64,000 nucleotides of DNA. Origin: Bacteroidales bacterium. Lineage in GTDB: Bacteria > Bacteroidota > Bacteroidia > Bacteroidales > GWA2-32-17. The notes under the pieces were generated by a model, which was not told where the DNA came from, did no database searches, and was given only the letters and a program-made list of their open reading frames with translations. The stretch is taken from NCBI GenBank assembly GCA_026417155.1, contig JAOADU010000033.1:871-64870 (forward strand), given 5' to 3'. Position 1 is the first letter of the stretch, and the number at the start of each line of letters is the position of its first letter. A program made the position numbers and the translations under genes. Positions 18,951-28,303 of the stretch are shown piece by piece.

Positions 18951-20486
18951 ATGAAAACATTCTTATTTGCGCTTTGCTTTCTATGCATGGCAAAAAGTAT
19001 AATTTCACAAAATGTGTGGTATAAAACATACGATTTTAACGGAAATACCGATTTATGTTTTAAAGCTATTGAAACATCATTACAGAATTATATTCTATGC
19101 GGTGCAACTACAATTCCCTCCATTTTTTCTTACGGTTTTGATGGTATCATCTTATCAATAAATCAACAAGGCGATACCGTATGGACAAAAAAACTTGGTA
19201 GCATGGATATAGGTGCACAAAGCGACTTTTTATTTGATGTTATTGAAAACAATAATCATGAATTAGTATTGGCAGGAATAAGAAAGCAAGGTACTCAAAA
19301 GCAACAATTATGGATTGTAAAAATACAATTAAATAATAATGGAACTCAAATATTAAACGTAGTTGAAAAACAATTTGGAATTTTAAATAAAGACGATGGT
19401 GCTGCAAAAATTATTCAAAATTCTGATGGTAGTTATATGGTAATAGGCTTTACAGAAAGCTATGGAACACAATCTGGCGGAAAAGATGCATGGCTACTTA
19501 AACTCAATCAAAATTTAGATACCATCTGGACAACAACATTCGACTTCGGATACGAAGACGAAGGAGCATGCATTATTCCATTTAACACAAATCATTACTT
19601 AATAGCTATAAACAGTAATACAGGACAAATTACACCTTTTCCAGGCTATACTTTTTACACATCTTTTGCTAAATTGTTGCTCGTTGACAATTTAGGAAAT
19701 GTAATAAAAACATTAACATTTAATACCGATACCATCAACAAAATAAGTAATATTATTAAAACCAGCGACGGTGGAGCTATATTAGTTGGGTCAACGAGCA
19801 TGTACGACAATGGAAGCCTTGGAGGGCGTGATATTTTTATTGTTAAATTAAATCAACAGGTCGATATTGAATGGATTAAAACTTATGGAAACTTCGGAAA
19901 GTATGATGGAGGAATTGATATTAAACAAGCCGCTGATAATACTTTTTATTTAGCTTCATATTCGCAAAGCCAATATACTCAATATGTTGATAATTGGTGG
20001 TTATTGCGTCTCAATTCAAACGGTGATACCCTGTACACAAAATGGCTTAACATCTTACCCGACAATGATGACCCATCCTGTTTGCTTTTTACTTCTGATG
20101 GTGGTATATTAATTTCGGGATGGATTAACGCCAATTCTAATCCATTTCAAGGTCTGAATATGGGTAATTCGGATATTTGTTTGATAAAAACCGATACTAC
20201 ATTTAACTACACCAACATAAAAGAAAGCAACTATAGTACGAAGCTAATTAACATTTATCCTAACCCCGCTGTAAATAGAATTTTTATCGATGTTCAACTA
20301 CCTTTAAATAATCTTGCATTGTCCATATCTGATGCAACTGGAAAATCCATTTTTACAGTAAATCAACTTTCAGAAAAACACATTATAATTGATAGAAAAA
20401 TTATACCCAATGAAGGAATATATTTTATTCATTTACAGAAAAATAAAGCAATTATAGCGTCAGAAAAAATAATTATTTCAGATTAG
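18951..20486 (+). CDS. T9SS-secreted protein with beta-propeller-like repeats
   Basis: Signal peptide; repeated S/TDGG(Y/A)...G.T.S...G..D.(W/F)(L/I)(L/V)K(L/I)N..G...W units; CTD INIYPNPAVNRIF...GIYFIHL. Confidence 0.75.
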   Translation: MKTFLFALCFLCMAKSIISQNVWYKTYDFNGNTDLCFKAIETSLQNYILCGATTIPSIFSYGFDGIILSINQQGDTVWTKKLGSMDIGAQSDFLFDVIENNNHELVLAGIRKQGTQKQQLWIVKIQLNNNGTQILNVVEKQFGILNKDDGAAKIIQNSDGSYMVIGFTESYGTQSGGKDAWLLKLNQNLDTIWTTTFDFGYEDEGACIIPFNTNHYLIAINSNTGQITPFPGYTFYTSFAKLLLVDNLGNVIKTLTFNTDTINKISNIIKTSDGGAILVGSTSMYDNGSLGGRDIFIVKLNQQVDIEWIKTYGNFGKYDGGIDIKQAADNTFYLASYSQSQYTQYVDNWWLLRLNSNGDTLYTKWLNILPDNDDPSCLLFTSDGGILISGWINANSNPFQGLNMGNSDICLIKTDTTFNYTNIKESNYSTKLINIYPNPAVNRIFIDVQLPLNNLALSISDATGKSIFTVNQLSEKHIIIDRKIIPNEGIYFIHLQKNKAIIASEKIIISD

Positions 20487-20556
20487 ATTACAATTGCTCA
20501 TAAACATTTTTTATTAAAGATGCTAATATTTTCTTTGCATCAAAAAATCAATATTT

Positions 20557-22479
20557 ATGAAAAAAAGTTATGCTACTTATGTTTTTGCTGTATTTTTTAG
20601 TCATGCCATCGCTCAAACCGATACAATTCAACTCAGTGAAATAGAGGTCAACGCCAACCGCATTCATAGTAAATATAAAGATCAACTCCGTGTCGTGCAA
20701 ATTATTGATAAATATGAAATAATGCAACTTCCTTCACTTTCAATCTCGGAAATTCTTGATTATGCAGGCAATGTTGATGTGCGTCAAAGAGGAATACACA
20801 ATGTACAATCTGACATAAGCATTAGAGGTGGTAATTACGAACAAACGCTCATAATGGTAAATGGAATCCCTGTCAATGACCCACAAACAGGGCATCATAG
20901 CATGAATATTCCCATTAGTACCGAACTCATAGATAGAATCGAAATACTATCCGGAGGGGATGCTCGCCAATATGGGAGCAATGCCTTTGCAGGAGTAATT
21001 AATATAGTAACCAAACAATCCGAAGATAAATCATTATCACTTAAGCTTTATGGCGGAGATTTTCAATATTTCGGTGGCAATATTCATGGCAATGTTAAAT
21101 TCTTAAACACTATGCAACAATTTTCTGTATCGCATAACCAAAGCAGCGGACATCGCCCAAATACCGATTTTTCTCACACTCAAATATCATGGCAAACCTT
21201 CCTGAAACAAAAAAACAGTAACACTCAAGCATTTATCGCTGTCGAAAATAAAGCCTTTGGAGCACAGGCATTTTACACACCCAAATATCCAAATCAATTC
21301 GAAAACACAAAATGTTTATTATCAGCTGCAACCCACAAAATGTATTTTAAAAATTCAAACTGGACTACTCAGGCCTATTATCGTCAACATCACGATAGGT
21401 TCGAACTATTCAGACAAAGTATGACTTCAATTCAAGTACCCTCATGGTATAAAAACCATAACTATCACATGACACAAGTAATTGGCGGTCAAACCAATAT
21501 TGCTTTATTTTCTAATTTAGGAAAAACTACTATCGGAGCAGACATTCGTTACGAACACATATACAGCAATGTTTTAGGTACTCCTATGAACGACACTATA
21601 GTTGCACCATTTGAAACAAACGGTTTTTTTACAAAAGAAGCATCTAAAAAAGCGTCATCTATTTTTATAGATCATAGTTTGCAACATAAACAATGGCAGT
21701 GGTCGGCAGGATTCATGGCTACTTACATCAATTTTCAGAACTTGTTTTTTTACCCTGGTACCGAAATAGGATATAATCTCAATGAACACATAAAAGTTTT
21801 TGCTTCAGCCAATCGCTCATTAAGATTACCAACATATACCGAGCTATATTACAAAGACCCCATTCACGAAGGTAACCATCAACTAAAACCCGAGCAAGCC
21901 AATCAATTCGAAAGCGGCTTTAAATTTCAACATCAACAATGGCAAGCCCAACTGGCAACATATTATAGGCAAGGCTTTAATATTATTGATTGGGTTAGAA
22001 TTAACGAAACTGATAAATGGAGAAGTCAAAACATATCTGAAGTCAATATTATTGGTACAGAAGCAACGATTATTTTTACACCAACTAATGACAATTTCAA
22101 GTATTTTCAGAAAATAAAAATAAACTATTCGTATAACCATATTACTAAACAAACTGGACAATACTTTTCAAAATATGCTTTAGATATCTTACGCCATAAA
22201 TTCAGCTTTACAAGCATACATAATCTTTATAAAAATTTATTTTTTTCGTGGACATTGCTTTATCATGAACGCTCAGGAACATATACCGAATTTCCTACAG
22301 GCAAAGAAAAAAATTACACACCATACCTAACTATTGATGCCCAAATCCAATACAAGTACAAAACAATAATGTTATTTATACAAGGCAATAATTTATTTGA
22401 TACGTACTATTACGACATTGCTAACATTCCCATGCCCGGACGATGGGTAAAAGGCGGTATATACTACGAATGGAAATAA
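20557..22479 (+). CDS. TonB-dependent outer-membrane receptor
   Basis: Signal peptide; plug domain (IEVNANR..., DVRQRG, ISIRGG, NGIPVNDPQTGHH); C-terminal barrel ending in an aromatic residue (YYEWK). No adjacent SusD. Confidence 0.88.
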   Translation: MKKSYATYVFAVFFSHAIAQTDTIQLSEIEVNANRIHSKYKDQLRVVQIIDKYEIMQLPSLSISEILDYAGNVDVRQRGIHNVQSDISIRGGNYEQTLIMVNGIPVNDPQTGHHSMNIPISTELIDRIEILSGGDARQYGSNAFAGVINIVTKQSEDKSLSLKLYGGDFQYFGGNIHGNVKFLNTMQQFSVSHNQSSGHRPNTDFSHTQISWQTFLKQKNSNTQAFIAVENKAFGAQAFYTPKYPNQFENTKCLLSAATHKMYFKNSNWTTQAYYRQHHDRFELFRQSMTSIQVPSWYKNHNYHMTQVIGGQTNIALFSNLGKTTIGADIRYEHIYSNVLGTPMNDTIVAPFETNGFFTKEASKKASSIFIDHSLQHKQWQWSAGFMATYINFQNLFFYPGTEIGYNLNEHIKVFASANRSLRLPTYTELYYKDPIHEGNHQLKPEQANQFESGFKFQHQQWQAQLATYYRQGFNIIDWVRINETDKWRSQNISEVNIIGTEATIIFTPTNDNFKYFQKIKINYSYNHITKQTGQYFSKYALDILRHKFSFTSIHNLYKNLFFSWTLLYHERSGTYTEFPTGKEKNYTPYLTIDAQIQYKYKTIMLFIQGNNLFDTYYYDIANIPMPGRWVKGGIYYEWK

Positions 22480-22577
22480 CTTTATTTAGAATAAAAATAA
22501 ACTATTTTTTTTAAATAACAAAATTTCACCTGACAAAAATCATATTCGACCCTATAGCTCTACCTTACTTTTATCAT

Positions 22578-22597
22578 AATCAATTTTTTAATTGATT
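22578..22597. promoter_or_regulatory. Perfect inverted repeat AATCAATT-TTTT-AATTGATT upstream of the hydrogenase operon (candidate operator)
   Basis: 8-bp arms at 22578-22585 and 22590-22597, 54 nt upstream of the hydC ATG. No TAnnTTTG box seen in this 171-nt leader. Confidence 0.3.
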
Positions 22598-22634
22598 TTC
22601 ATCAAAATAGAATTTAATATCAACAACATTAAAT

Positions 22635-22643
22635 TAAGGAGGT
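22635..22643 (+). promoter_or_regulatory. Strong Shine-Dalgarno TAAGGAGGT for hydC
   Basis: AGGAGG at 22637-22642, 8 nt before ATG 22651. Confidence 0.7.
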
Positions 22644-22650
22644 AAAAAAA

Positions 22651-23115
22651 ATGACAGACGTACAAGCAATTCTTGAAAAGGTAACAACCAAGTATGGCAA
22701 ACAACGCTCAGCTTTAATGCCTGCGTTGCAAGCAATTGTAAAAGAAAAAAACTATTTGTCCGATGAAGACATCGTTGCCGTTGCTAAAACATTCGACCTT
22801 TCAACAGCCGAAGTATATGGCACAGCTACGTTTTACACATTCTTAGATACTGTACCACGTGGCAAATATGTAATACGTGTGTGCAAAACTATATCTTGCC
22901 ACATGTCGGGCAAAGACGAAATTATTGAAGCATTGCAAAACACATTAAAAATTAAAGTAGGCGAAACCACTGTAGATAAAAAATTTAGCCTGCTCACCGC
23001 CAATTGCATGGGCTGGTGCCACAAAGGGCCCGTTATGCTGGTAAATGATGATGTTTATCCAGAACTTACACCACAAAAAGCAATTGAAATTATACAATCG
23101 TATCAACAAAAGTAA
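22651..23115 (+). CDS. hydC: [FeFe]-hydrogenase gamma subunit, NuoE-like [2Fe-2S] thioredoxin-fold protein
   Basis: 154 aa; Cys pattern C-x4-C (VCKTISC) ... C-x3-C (NCMGWC) as in NuoE/HndA. Confidence 0.9.
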   Translation: MTDVQAILEKVTTKYGKQRSALMPALQAIVKEKNYLSDEDIVAVAKTFDLSTAEVYGTATFYTFLDTVPRGKYVIRVCKTISCHMSGKDEIIEALQNTLKIKVGETTVDKKFSLLTANCMGWCHKGPVMLVNDDVYPELTPQKAIEIIQSYQQK

Positions 23116-23142
23116 TGTTTAACAATTAAAACAAAATATGCA

Positions 23143-24306
23143 ATGGAAAATAAGTTAAAGAAAGTTGATTTAATTTTTTGCAAAACCTGTCAGGACGATA
23201 TAGAAGTTGTTAGAAAAGCATTACAACGCAATCCTGACGAGATCATTAACGAAATCATTGATTCAGGACTGAAAGGAAGAGGTGGAGCCGGTTTTCCTAC
23301 AGGATTAAAATGGAAGTTTGCCAGAGCTCAACAATCAGATATAAAATATGTTGTTTGCAATGCCGACGAGGGCGAACCCGGCACATTCAAAGACAGAGAA
23401 ATTCTCGACGTAGTTCTTACAACAGTATTAGCCGGAATGGCAATCTTTGCTTACTGTATCGGTGCAAAAGAAGGTTATATTTATCTTAGAGCCGAATACA
23501 ATTTTATGCTCAATAAACTCAATGCAACTGTTGAAGAATTTAACAAAAAATTAAAAGATCTTGGATTATCGTTTGAAATACAAATACGTTCGGGTGCAGG
23601 AGCATATGTATGCGGCGAAGAAAGTGCCCTTTTTGAAAGCATTGAAGGGAAACGCGGCGAACCTCGCAATAAACCCCCCTTCCCAACAGTAGTAGGATTA
23701 TTTGGAAAACCAACAGTAATAAATAACGTAGAAACATTCGTTTACACTGCCATGATCAATCACTTGGGAGCTGCACGTTTTAAAGAATTAGGTACTCAGG
23801 ATTCTCGCGGTTCGAAAGTTTTCTCTATATCGGGCGACACTCCCAAAGCTGGTATTTACGAACTAGAACTCGGGATGACTGTAGAAGATTTCGTTAAAGA
23901 ATTTGGCGATGGCGATACAAAAGCTGTACAAGTAGGCGGTGCATCGGGACATTGCGTGCCTCGTAAAAAATTTGAAAATACTATTATAGGATTTGAAGGA
24001 ATACCTACTGGTGGTTCTATGATGCTTTTCAACAGCAGCCGCTCCATGTACAATGTCTTAAAAGATTATCTCGAATTCTTTACCGAAGAATCGTGCGGAC
24101 AATGTACACCTTGTCGTGTTGGCTGTCAACAACTACTTAAAGGCATTGAAGCTGTTAAACGCGGCGAACGTCCTGCCTCCTACCTCGAAGAACTTAAAAA
24201 ATTAGCTCAAAGCATGCGAATTGCTGCAAAATGCGGTTTAGGACAGTCTGTTGCCAATCCATTTATATCAATTGTTGATAATTTTAAAGAAGAAATTATT
24301 TACTAA
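23143..24306 (+). CDS. hydB: [FeFe]-hydrogenase beta subunit, minimal NuoF-like FMN/NAD(P)H-binding protein
   Basis: GRGGAGFPTGLKW, GAGAYVCGEESAL, and the N3-type cluster ESCGQCTPCR...C. Only 387 aa: no N-terminal [2Fe-2S] domain and no C-terminal 2x[4Fe-4S] ferredoxin domain. Confidence 0.9.
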   Translation: MENKLKKVDLIFCKTCQDDIEVVRKALQRNPDEIINEIIDSGLKGRGGAGFPTGLKWKFARAQQSDIKYVVCNADEGEPGTFKDREILDVVLTTVLAGMAIFAYCIGAKEGYIYLRAEYNFMLNKLNATVEEFNKKLKDLGLSFEIQIRSGAGAYVCGEESALFESIEGKRGEPRNKPPFPTVVGLFGKPTVINNVETFVYTAMINHLGAARFKELGTQDSRGSKVFSISGDTPKAGIYELELGMTVEDFVKEFGDGDTKAVQVGGASGHCVPRKKFENTIIGFEGIPTGGSMMLFNSSRSMYNVLKDYLEFFTEESCGQCTPCRVGCQQLLKGIEAVKRGERPASYLEELKKLAQSMRIAAKCGLGQSVANPFISIVDNFKEEIIY

Positions 24307-24317
24307 TTTTAAATAAA

Positions 24318-24323
24318 GAGGAG
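24318..24323 (+). promoter_or_regulatory. Shine-Dalgarno GAGGAG for hydA
   Basis: aaagaggagaaataaacATG; the core lies 8 nt before ATG 24332. Confidence 0.6.
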
Positions 24324-24331
24324 AAATAAAC

Positions 24332-26122
24332 ATGAGTAACTACATGGTTAACTTAAAAATAAATAACATACCAGTTTCAGTTCCTGAAGGAACAACTATT
24401 CTGGATGCAGCAAAAAAATTAAACTTCCGCATCCCAACATTATGTTATCACGAAGATTTAAGTGTTGCCGGCAATTGCAGAGTGTGCGTTGTAGAACAAG
24501 TTGGGGCACGATTATTACAAGCTGCATGTGCTGTGCCTGTATCCGAAGGCATGGAAATATTAACCAATAGTACAAAAGTACGTCAAGCACGCAAACATAT
24601 TATTGAATTACTTTTATCGGAACATCGTGCCGATTGTACAGAATGTTACAAAAATGGTAATTGTGAGCTTCAGGATTTAGCTCATGAATATGGCGTTAAT
24701 CAACACTTATTCATAGATTTGGCTCGTAAGAGAAATTACACCATCGATCGCAGTTCGCCTTCCATTATTAAAGACGACAGCCGTTGCATTCGTTGTCAAC
24801 GCTGCGTACGCACATGCGACGAACTTCAAGGAGTTTCGGCTCTTGCAGTTGCATACAAAGGCGACCATCAAAAAATTTCTACATTCTTCGAACATCCTAT
24901 GTTTGAAGTTGTTTGTACCAACTGCGGTCAATGTATCAATCGTTGCCCAACCGGTGCATTAATCGAAAAAACATATATTGAAGAAGTATGGGATGCCCTA
25001 AACGATCCTAATAAACATGTCGTTGTACAAACTGCTCCTGCTGTTCGTATTGGTTTGGGCGAAGTACTTGGATACGACCCAGGTGAAAGAGTTACTGGAA
25101 AAATGGTTACAGCACTTAAATTATTAGGCTTCGACTCTGTACTCGATACCGACTTTACAGCCGACTTAACTATTATGGAAGAAGGCACGGAATTGTTAAC
25201 CCGTCTAAAGAAAGCCTTAGTAGATAAAGAACCTGTTGCATTACCTATGATGACATCATGTTCGCCCGGATGGATTAAATTCCAAGAACATCTTTTCCCA
25301 AATTTACTTGATAATCTTTCAACATGTAAATCGCCACAACAAATGTTTGGCGCATTAGCCAAAACATATTATGCACAAAAACGTGGAATTGACCCGAAAA
25401 ACATTGTTTCTGTGTCTATCATGCCTTGCACTGCCAAGAAATTTGAAGCCAATCGTCCCGAAATGAGGGCTAGTGGATACCAAGATGTTGATTATGTACT
25501 TACTACCCGCGAATTAGGCTTAATGATTAAACAAGCAGGAATAGATTTCATGAAACTACCCGACAGTCCTTACGACAGTATTATGGGCGAATCGACCGGA
25601 GCCGGTGTAATTTTTGGTGCTACTGGTGGTGTAATGGAAGCTGCATTACGCACTGCATACGAAATCGTAACAGGACGCGAAGTTCCATTCCGTAACTTAA
25701 ATATTACTCCTGTTCGTGGCTTTGAAGGTATTCGTGAGGCTACAGTAAAAATTGAAGGATGCCTACCCGAATGGAGTTTCTTAGAAGGTGTTGAATTAAA
25801 AGTTGCTGTTGCACATGGATTAGCAAACGCTAAAAAGTTAATGCAAGCAGTAAGCGATGGTACCGTATCGTATCACTTTATTGAAGTTATGGCTTGCCCA
25901 GGTGGTTGCTTAGGCGGCGGCGGACAACCTATACCTACCAATCTCGAAATTCGTAGCAAACGTGCCGAAGCTATTTATGCTGAAGATGAATCGATGCCAT
26001 TGCGTAAGTCGCACGAAAATCCCGAAGTACACATGATTTATCAAGAATTCTTAGGCAAACCACTTAGCCACAAATCGCACGATTTATTGCATACACATTA
26101 CAAAGCCAGAAAACGCTACTAA
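24332..26122 (+). CDS. hydA: [FeFe]-hydrogenase catalytic subunit (M3-type, group A)
   Basis: N-terminal [2Fe-2S] (CYHEDLSVAGNCRVC); His-ligated cluster (HRADCTECYKNGNC); 2x[4Fe-4S] (CIRCQRCVRTC, CTNCGQCINRCP). H-cluster motifs MPCTAKKFE and EVMACPGGCLGGGGQP are canonical; L1 reads TSCSPGW. Confidence 0.95.
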   Translation: MSNYMVNLKINNIPVSVPEGTTILDAAKKLNFRIPTLCYHEDLSVAGNCRVCVVEQVGARLLQAACAVPVSEGMEILTNSTKVRQARKHIIELLLSEHRADCTECYKNGNCELQDLAHEYGVNQHLFIDLARKRNYTIDRSSPSIIKDDSRCIRCQRCVRTCDELQGVSALAVAYKGDHQKISTFFEHPMFEVVCTNCGQCINRCPTGALIEKTYIEEVWDALNDPNKHVVVQTAPAVRIGLGEVLGYDPGERVTGKMVTALKLLGFDSVLDTDFTADLTIMEEGTELLTRLKKALVDKEPVALPMMTSCSPGWIKFQEHLFPNLLDNLSTCKSPQQMFGALAKTYYAQKRGIDPKNIVSVSIMPCTAKKFEANRPEMRASGYQDVDYVLTTRELGLMIKQAGIDFMKLPDSPYDSIMGESTGAGVIFGATGGVMEAALRTAYEIVTGREVPFRNLNITPVRGFEGIREATVKIEGCLPEWSFLEGVELKVAVAHGLANAKKLMQAVSDGTVSYHFIEVMACPGGCLGGGGQPIPTNLEIRSKRAEAIYAEDESMPLRKSHENPEVHMIYQEFLGKPLSHKSHDLLHTHYKARKRY

Positions 26123-26140
26123 TGTTCACAAGCTATTATA

Positions 26141-26173
26141 AAAAAGCTGCTTCACAAAGAGGCAGCTTTTTTT
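26141..26173. terminator. Bidirectional hairpin terminator between hydA and comEC
   Basis: agctgcttc (26145-26153) pairs with gaggcagct (26059+100: 26159-26167) including one G-U; 5-nt loop; A run before and T run after. Overlaps the last comEC codons. Confidence 0.7.
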
Positions 26174-28302
26174 ATATCGTATAACCATGCTTTTTGTTTA
26201 GCAACAACGTGTACTGTTCCCCGAAAATTAGTTAGTTGAGATAGCCATAAATTGATTTTATTGCTCGAACAAGAACTATCAAAAACTATAACATTTGCAT
26301 CAACATGCCTCAATAACTCTCTAAAATTAACTTTAGCTTTATTTTGCACTATAATAACATCAACGTTAATTTTTTTATTTAACTTTTCATTAGTTTTAAA
26401 CCATGTTTTATCTTTCAACAAAAGAATACGAAAATTATTAAAAACAATAACATCTCTATAATACCACACTTTAGAATTATCTAAGGTAAGAAAATTTGTA
26501 AATAAATACTGAGTTGACAAATGATTAAAAGTCAATGTTTTTTCTTTTTCCAGCCCCAGTTGCACCCAATTTGATTTTGCCGATTTTACAACTTTTTCTT
26601 TAAAAACTGAGTCAATAAAAATAATGTTGTCTTTGCCATCAATTAAATTCAACGTGGAAATGCCGGGAATATTATACACTATAACTTTTTGTTGATTGTG
26701 GATAGAAAACTCCCTAAAAATTAAACTCAAAGAACTAATAAAAAGAATAATTAGCGATAATTGTAACCATATTATCTTTTTAGAGGTAAAGAAATATGAT
26801 AATGATAAAATAAAAGCATAACTCAAAATAAGCAATAAAAAACTCATGAAAATAGGTTGAATTACAGAATATGGCAATTGCTCAATGAAAATTGTAAAAT
26901 CATTCATAAATGTTACTAATTCTTGTAATGGAAAGGCTATGTATTGAGCTACTATAGGCAACCATGAAAATGTAAACAATAACAATGCATTATAAATAAC
27001 CAGCGAAACTAATGGCACTAAAACAATTCCTGACAACAAAAAGTAAACCGGAAACTGATGAAAATAATACAATGATAAGGGCGTTGTAACAAGTTGAGCC
27101 GCTAAGGTTACGCAAATAAGCGACCATACATTGTCTAACATTTTATTTTTCACATATAGTAAGTTTTTAAATTTTGGTTGAAAATACACAATCCCCAAAA
27201 CAGCCATGTACGATAACTGAAACCCTATTTCAAACAACTGAAATGGATTAAACATTAGCAAAAACAAAGCCGATGCCGAAATAGTGTTGTAAATATTTGT
27301 CTTACGTTTTATGCTTCTGGCAATTGCTACAAAACTAAACATTGTTGTTGCCCTCAGTACTGAAGGCGACAATCCTGTTACTAATGCATAAAACCACAAA
27401 AATAAAAGCACTACAATTAAGTGAATCCAAAATAAATATTTATTTCTTTTTAAGAAAGATAGCATAAAACTAATAACTAAATATACAACACCTACATGCA
27501 AACCACTGACAGCTAAAATATGAGTAGCCCCTGCCGAAGCATACGCTTGTTGTATTTCGGCATCAATGTCGTTTTTATAACCCAGCACTATTGCCGAAGT
27601 AATTGCAAAAACATCATCCGATAAATTCATTTTTCGTAATAACCCTAAAAAATAATTTCTGCATTTCTCAGCAAAAATTAGTACCGACAATTGCTTAGAT
27701 TTATTAATTACAAGCCAATCTTTCGCTTTTATTTTTCCCGTAGTATTGATTAAATGATACAACAAATAATTCTTATAATCAAATTCATTCGGATTACCAA
27801 AATTTTCGGGAATATTTAATTTTGCGTTAAATAAAATTTCGTCTCCTGCTTGCAGCAACATTGAACGAGAATCCTTTTCAAGATAAACTAAGCTATTTCC
27901 ATCGGTTTTTTCCCATTGATTTTTAATTTTTATAGCATCAATATTGATTATGGCTTTTACAAATTTTTCCTTTATTTCCGGTTGTTTTGCAACAACCCCA
28001 ATAATAGTTGCATTTTCTTTCGTATATTTTTTTTCTTTATACGCTGCATAATTTATCGAAGATAATGTAAAACCATATACTACAAAAAATAAACTTAATA
28101 TAATACCCCACAACCATTCTATAAAACGAGAATACTTTTTATACAATACATGTGTCAATAATAATGCACAAAACAATAAAATACACAATATTGCCCAATG
28201 AATATGAAAAGGTACAGGAAAAATGCGAAATATAAAAATACCTATAACAAATGGAATTAAAAGCTTTACAAAAGGCTTATCGGAAAAATAATGATATATC
28301 AT
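26152..28302 (-). CDS. comEC: ComEC/Rec2-family DNA internalisation channel protein
   Basis: 716 aa polytopic protein. Competence-domain motifs (ASAGATHILAVSGLHVG, LSPSVLRA). The C-terminal region shows no clear HxHxDH metallo-beta-lactamase motif. Confidence 0.85.
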   Translation of the reverse strand: MIYHYFSDKPFVKLLIPFVIGIFIFRIFPVPFHIHWAILCILLFCALLLTHVLYKKYSRFIEWLWGIILSLFFVVYGFTLSSINYAAYKEKKYTKENATIIGVVAKQPEIKEKFVKAIINIDAIKIKNQWEKTDGNSLVYLEKDSRSMLLQAGDEILFNAKLNIPENFGNPNEFDYKNYLLYHLINTTGKIKAKDWLVINKSKQLSVLIFAEKCRNYFLGLLRKMNLSDDVFAITSAIVLGYKNDIDAEIQQAYASAGATHILAVSGLHVGVVYLVISFMLSFLKRNKYLFWIHLIVVLLFLWFYALVTGLSPSVLRATTMFSFVAIARSIKRKTNIYNTISASALFLLMFNPFQLFEIGFQLSYMAVLGIVYFQPKFKNLLYVKNKMLDNVWSLICVTLAAQLVTTPLSLYYFHQFPVYFLLSGIVLVPLVSLVIYNALLLFTFSWLPIVAQYIAFPLQELVTFMNDFTIFIEQLPYSVIQPIFMSFLLLILSYAFILSLSYFFTSKKIIWLQLSLIILFISSLSLIFREFSIHNQQKVIVYNIPGISTLNLIDGKDNIIFIDSVFKEKVVKSAKSNWVQLGLEKEKTLTFNHLSTQYLFTNFLTLDNSKVWYYRDVIVFNNFRILLLKDKTWFKTNEKLNKKINVDVIIVQNKAKVNFRELLRHVDANVIVFDSSCSSNKINLWLSQLTNFRGTVHVVAKQKAWLYDIKKAASL

Positions 28303-28303
28303 T

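Noticed and set aside
22651-26122. Visibly higher G+C of the hydrogenase operon as evidence for a horizontally acquired island.
   Set aside because: Other highly conserved genes (malic enzyme, asnS, hcp) look similarly enriched relative to the AT-rich background. There are no flanking repeats, integrase or tRNA. Composition was not computed. Only the SD observation is kept as a finding.
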